Positions 40,301 to 46,300 of a stretch of 64,000 bases of DNA are shown piece by piece; position 1 is the first letter of the stretch; each line of letters begins with the position of its first letter. The DNA is taken from NCBI RefSeq assembly GCF_964204645.1, contig NC_134026.1:13390050-13454049 (forward strand), written 5' to 3'. Source of the stretch: Tubulanus polymorphus (lineage: Eukaryota > Animalia > Nemertea). The notes beneath the pieces are model-generated. The model was not told the DNA's origin and ran no database searches. It saw only the letters and a program-made list of their open reading frames with translations. Both the position numbers and the translations under genes were made by a program.

Positions 40301-43300
40301 AAAATTAAATTATCTTGATGAAATTTTTAAAATATTTTCTATAGAAGATCATACACCAGAATATATGCAATGGCTTGAAAAAATGAAAATAATAGAAAAT
40401 GAAAATGGTGAAATAACTAAAAGAGATATTATAAAAACAATTATTCCGTCAACATTTAACACAAAAGAAAAGAAAATGTATTTATATTTATTATTTAACG
40501 ATTATTATGAAAAACCTAAATTAACAGAAGAAGATATGGAAAATATAAAAAAAATATTCAAACAAATATTAATGTATCATTTGGAAAAAAGAATAACAGA
40601 TTCAATAAATTATGAATTCTTTTTAAATAAGATTGTAAATTATTTAAACCTAGATATTATAATTCCATTTGACGAATTAACAAACAAAAAGAAACAAAGA
40701 GAGCGAGATGAAATGTGGAACAAGATAGAACTTTATTTAAATGAGAAAAATGGAATGGAAGAAGAACCTGAACAATTAAATGAAACTGAAGAAGCCAATA
40801 GTGATTTCGAGTATGATGATATTGATTTTATGTTTTAATGACCATAAGGTAATGTTTTTATACCATCATCTAAAATATGTCTTTTATCATCAAATGGATT
40901 TAAACTAGTTTTTTCAACTTCATTAATGTACATCTCATGATCTTCTGATCTTAAACAATTCATTTTGTGTTTCATTACAATTGATTTATATAAACACTTT
41001 ATATAATCTTGAAATTCTATATGTTTATCAACCACATGTTTTGTTATTCCTTTTAACTTTTTAGCTTCATGATCTTTTGTTCTGTAACTATACATTTTAC
41101 TTCTTATCCCAACAAATTCAATCATTTCATCACCCCCTAATTCATCTTTAAATTTACCAGGAATCTTTTTATTATCATTGCTAAATAGTTCATGATCTTT
41201 GGGATAATTGCTAAAATCAAAATGATGTTTTAATGTTTTTAAGTCTTTTGTTATGTCATTTGTCTTGATTTTTAGTATGTAGGCGTCCGTATTTTTTTGG
41301 ATTAATGGGAACCCAGAATTGAATGTTCCATCATCTGTTGATAAATCATAAACATAGTCAGTTGCGTTATATATTTCAAATAAATCTTTAACTTCTTCAG
41401 TTAAATCTTTTTCTGTGTGGCTTAAATTAAAGCAATTCTGTTTAGATTTAATCAATCCAATATTCATATTGAAGCCTAATGAATTACATAATATATTTAA
41501 CCCTGATATAGCAACTTTTCCTTTCTGTGCAAAGGTTATCTTTTTATCCTTTGTAAATTTTTTAGCACCATCTGCTGCGTAGAATCCAATGAAGAACCAT
41601 TTTCTTAAATTATTTTTTGCATTTAATACATAATCTGGTACTATCTTTTCTTTAGTTGAAGTATTACTTTTCACTATTGCATGAATATAGAATTCATCAT
41701 TATATTTTATAGCAAAATCTTTAGGATTATTTACAAGTATTCTTTAAACTGCTGATGATTTCATATGATCCATGATTTTAAATGTTTTATTTGGATAAAC
41801 TTCTTCACAGAATTTCTTTATTCTTTCTAATAATTTTGAGTCTTGATTGCATAAATACCAGCAATATTGAGTGCGATTAACATATTTATACACACCTGCT
41901 GAACCATCACCCATGAAAAATCCTTTGATAAAATATTCTTTTTCTTCTAATGTTTCGGGTTCTATATTATAAATATTATCAATAATTTCATCAAATGACA
42001 TATGATTCATTCTTGGGTAAAATCTTTTATGTAATAATTCATCTCCAATTTTTATATCAGTTGGTTTTATTTCATCGCCATTTCGTTTAATTAAACTATG
42101 ATCTTCTGTAACATCTACAAATCCTAATTTAGTTCTAACTCTATAGATTTTCTTATTTGTTTTATGTCTGATAATATTCTTTAATTTTTTCCATCCATTT
42201 CTTGTCCAAACATCCATTAAACCATTTATTTGTATTAATTCTTTTTCTCCATATGAAATATAACATTCATTTTGTTTTGGAATTATTTCTGAAATTCTTC
42301 TTATCAATATTTTATCATTACATTTTAATAATATTGGGGTGTCAGCTGTTACAGAATCAAAATATAATATTTCAATATGCTTTTCCCCAAAAAGTGGTTG
42401 TAAAACATTATAATAAAAATCATACATTAATAATTTTGATACTTCTAAAACAGTCGAACCAATAAATATAGGTTTATTAAATTTCATTGATGTTCTTTTT
42501 AATTTAACTGCTGTTAAATAATCTTCAAATCTTTTATTTCCTAAATGTCTAGGACTTGATTGTAAATGTCTTAATCTTTCAGAATTATTCACTAATTCAA
42601 TATCATTTCTATTTCTAATATTTTCACATGTTTTACCATAAATCTATTATTCATTAATTTGAAGAAATCTTTTTCAAAATCTGTTTTTGATATTGTTCTC
42701 TGTTGAGTATTAAAATCTATATATTTTTCTAACCACTTCGATTGATTAAATTCAATATATCTATGTACTTTCTTTAATTTCATTCCTTGTTTTAGATAAA
42801 ATTTTAACATTCTATAATGAACAATATAATTGTATTTATTATTTTGAGTAAGTATTAATTTTTCTGTAAAAACATGATCTTTCGGTTTTATTTTCTTCTG
42901 GTATTCACTTAAATAACTATCATCTACAGTTAAATGTTCTGGGCAATAAGGTAAGTTTCTTGTTTTAAACTTTATATTTTCAGGATATTCTAAATCAACT
43001 ACAAAGAAATAACCAATTGGTGCTTCATCTTCTAAACTCATAATTGCGCTTTCCCAATTAGTTTTATCATCACTTTCAACTTCTGTTTATATAAAATTTT
43101 TATATGGTTGAGGTTGCATCAATGCCCAACCATATAAATTATTGGCGTCAATATATAATAATTTATATTCATCATTTGCTTTAAAATACCTTTAAAAGAT
43201 TTTATATCTCCCATAACACCACTAATTCCACCTCTAATTGATTTTTCAAATAATAAAACCATGTCTGGTTCTTTTAATAAATCTAATTCTACATTTGTAT

Positions 43301-46300
43301 ATTTTAAACCACATTGCCAGGTTAAACCAGGACTTGAATAACAATAACAAGGATCAACATTAAAATGATTCAAATTAACTTCTCTAAATTTTTCAAATAT
43401 GTCAGCCAATATCATAACGTCTGATTTTAAATATAAATCAACTAATTCACCATGATTTTTCATCTTAAAATGGTTCCAAATATTTAATGTTCTATTACAC
43501 ACTTCGTCTTTCACATACTCCTCTTTTAATTGATCATAAAATTGACCTTTTAATAATTCTGTTACATTAAAATCATTGTGTGTTTTATAAAATGAATGAG
43601 GAATTGCGCCTTTATATCTCAATAATTTAAAATCTTGTTCATTTGGATAATAATATCGAGTTATAACAAAATCATTATCAACTAAACTTTTTGATAAATT
43701 ATCTAATGAACTTGCTAGAAATCTATAAGAATCTAAAAATCTAATGCAACCAAATTGAAATGAAATATAATTTTCAGATGTTTTAGCTAATAGTTTAAAA
43801 CCATATTTTCTTACATTTGCTTCATTCATAGCATTATATTCTTCTATTTCTTGATTAATTGCACCCAATTTTCCCGATAATTGTTTTATAAATAGATGGG
43901 TATCATATCCTGATAAATTATGAAATAATATTGGTACGAAATTTACTTTTTTAGCTTGTAAATTGCAATCTTCATGAGCAGCTCCACGATATTTTGAATT
44001 CAAATGATCATGATCTCTAACTTTTTTATCAAATGAATAAAAACGTTTTTCACAATAACAACAATGAGTTGTATAATTAAAATCAATTTCATCTTCTTTT
44101 GTCATAACTATTCTCTTATTTTTGTTTAATAATTTTGCAAAATCACTTTCTAATTCAATCATTTTAACACAAAAATCATTAACTACATTTTCACCTCTAA
44201 AAGAAATATATTGACTTTCATATAATTCGGGATAATTTGATTTGATGTAAATTCCATAAGCAGCAGCTCTTTGATGAACTTTTTTAATTGTATTTATAAT
44301 TGGTGGGTCTTGTATTGTGTCTTCATTTAATTCATTTCCTTTATCCATTGATTTTAATAATTGCTTTTTGTTATATATTTCTTTTCTATCTTGATCAGTT
44401 AATTCTTTATTCAACGATTCAAAATCCCCATAAATTACAAATGGAACAATATTTTTAAATTTATGATTAGTAAATTTCAATTTCAATCTTTTTCTGTTGG
44501 CATTATTAATTTACAAAAATCTTTATTATCACATAATTCTTTATGTTTTAGTAACGCATTCTCAGTTCTAAATTTAGATAAATATTTTCTACATAGATAA
44601 ATTTTATGGCTGTTAAAATCACTTTCTGTTCTAAAGAATAAATCAATTTGTTTTAACCACATATAATGTTCATTTTCATCTTTTTTGTAATATAACAAAT
44701 CTATAGCATTTTCATCATCATAATATTCTGTTAAATATAAAGCTTCCAATGTATAATCTTTAATATTTTCACCTTTTGTCTTTGGTAATTGCATTAATTT
44801 TTATTACATTTATTTTTAAATTATTAATTTTTTCTATTTTGGGTATCATTTTTATAGTTACTGGATATTGATCAATTTTATATAATGTTTCATATTTCCG
44901 ATAATCTGTTATTCTACAAACATTTTCCTGTGTTGGATGTAAGCAACTAATAATTGACCATAGAAAACATTTATTATCTTCATTTTGAATATTTATTACT
45001 GCTTTTGTCGTAAATGGTAATTTAATATAAGATGATGCTTTAATATCCTTTTCTGTTGTAAAGTTTGAATCATTTTTAAACATTGTTTTACTTTTTGATG
45101 TTTTATTTCTTTTTGTATTGTAAACATTTAAATCTAAATATATAATTTCATTCAATGTTAAGCCAGAACCCTCAAAATATCTTTCTTCAATATGACGTTT
45201 AAATTCATTTAATATTTTTTCTAACTTCTCTTTTATTTGTGTTTTTGAAATAATTTCTTCAGAGAGTGTTTGAATATTATAATTCATTTTTTCTTCTGAC
45301 TTTATAAAACTTACTTTCCCAGAGATACTAATTTTTGGATATTCAACATCTGTTATCAAATCTAGTATTTTTTCTATTATATCATTAAATTTACTATAAT
45401 CTTCTATTGTTGTACCTTTAAAGAATCTAAATATAATAGCCGCAGGACCAATTTTACTATGTAATGTTTCTAAAATTTCAATTGTATCTTTTATTTCTAG
45501 TGAATCAATATAATTTCTAACATTTTCCATGTAAGGTTTATTTGAAATGGATTTAGTTTTTGAAGTTGGTTTTTTTACTTTTTGAGGTTTATCATCGAAA
45601 TAATCTTTTCCTAAAACATTATTACTCAAATTTTGATGGTGTTTTTGTGATTCGAGATGTCTATCATAATTCCTTTTTACTATAAATTCATTACAAACTT
45701 CACATTTTGTTTCATCCACATTCATATTTTCTAATCGTTCTTTTCTTTCATTGGAATTTTCTGGAGTTTCAAAATCTATTACGTTTTTATATGATTTGAA
45801 GACTTTTCATGACGCGATTTTTGAAATTTATCAATGTATTTTTTACAATATGGACAATGATATTGATTTTCATTAACATCAATTTGTTCTGTCTTATTCT
45901 CTTCCATTTATAAGGAAAAAAAATTACTTGTGGTGATGAGTGGGGATTACTTCCCCCTGTATATAACAAACACGCTATTAACCGTTCTCACCCAAGCCTC
46001 ACAGCATCTATTTATCCGGGTACAGTTGACACGCAATCACTGTACTACTACAGTAATAGCACACGCGTTAATAACCGTTCTCAGTAGAGACTCACTGTAT
46101 CGATCTATCCACGCGCAGTTGTTGTTACGCGCACTCACTGTATATGTGTGTCACAGAGCAATCGTCCGTTCTCACTAGAGCCTAGCTGTGATGAGTGGTG
46201 TCTCGACCTCTCGACCTCTGATCTGAAAACGCCATCTTCTAATTACTAGTAGCGCCTGTGCGAGTATTGGCCATTGTGGTTTCTTCAGTTGATGGAAATC

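Larger units (their letters stand above)
27703..46247. mobile_element. Near full-length Polinton/Maverick (endogenous polintovirus), 18.5 kb
   Basis: TIRs start AG and end CT. Perfect 6-bp TSD AGTAGC at 27697-27702 and 46248-46253. pPolB, integrase, ATPase and capsid genes are densely packed and intronless. Confidence 0.98.

Noticed and set aside
41744-41746. In-frame TAA in the intein as programmed readthrough or an alternative genetic code
   Set aside because: TAA ends most other ORFs of the element. A single TAT-to-TAA mutation or sequencing error is simpler.
28679-42465. Antisense ORFs over Polinton and Penelope genes (28679, 30332, 33067, 33646, 35742, 38043, 38610, 38991, 42202)
   Set aside because: These are shadow frames of real genes, with no motifs or start cassette.
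45787-46178. ORFs within the right TIR
   Set aside because: GC-richer repeat DNA. Only the part downstream of the ATG at 45907 is coding, as the pPolB N-terminus.
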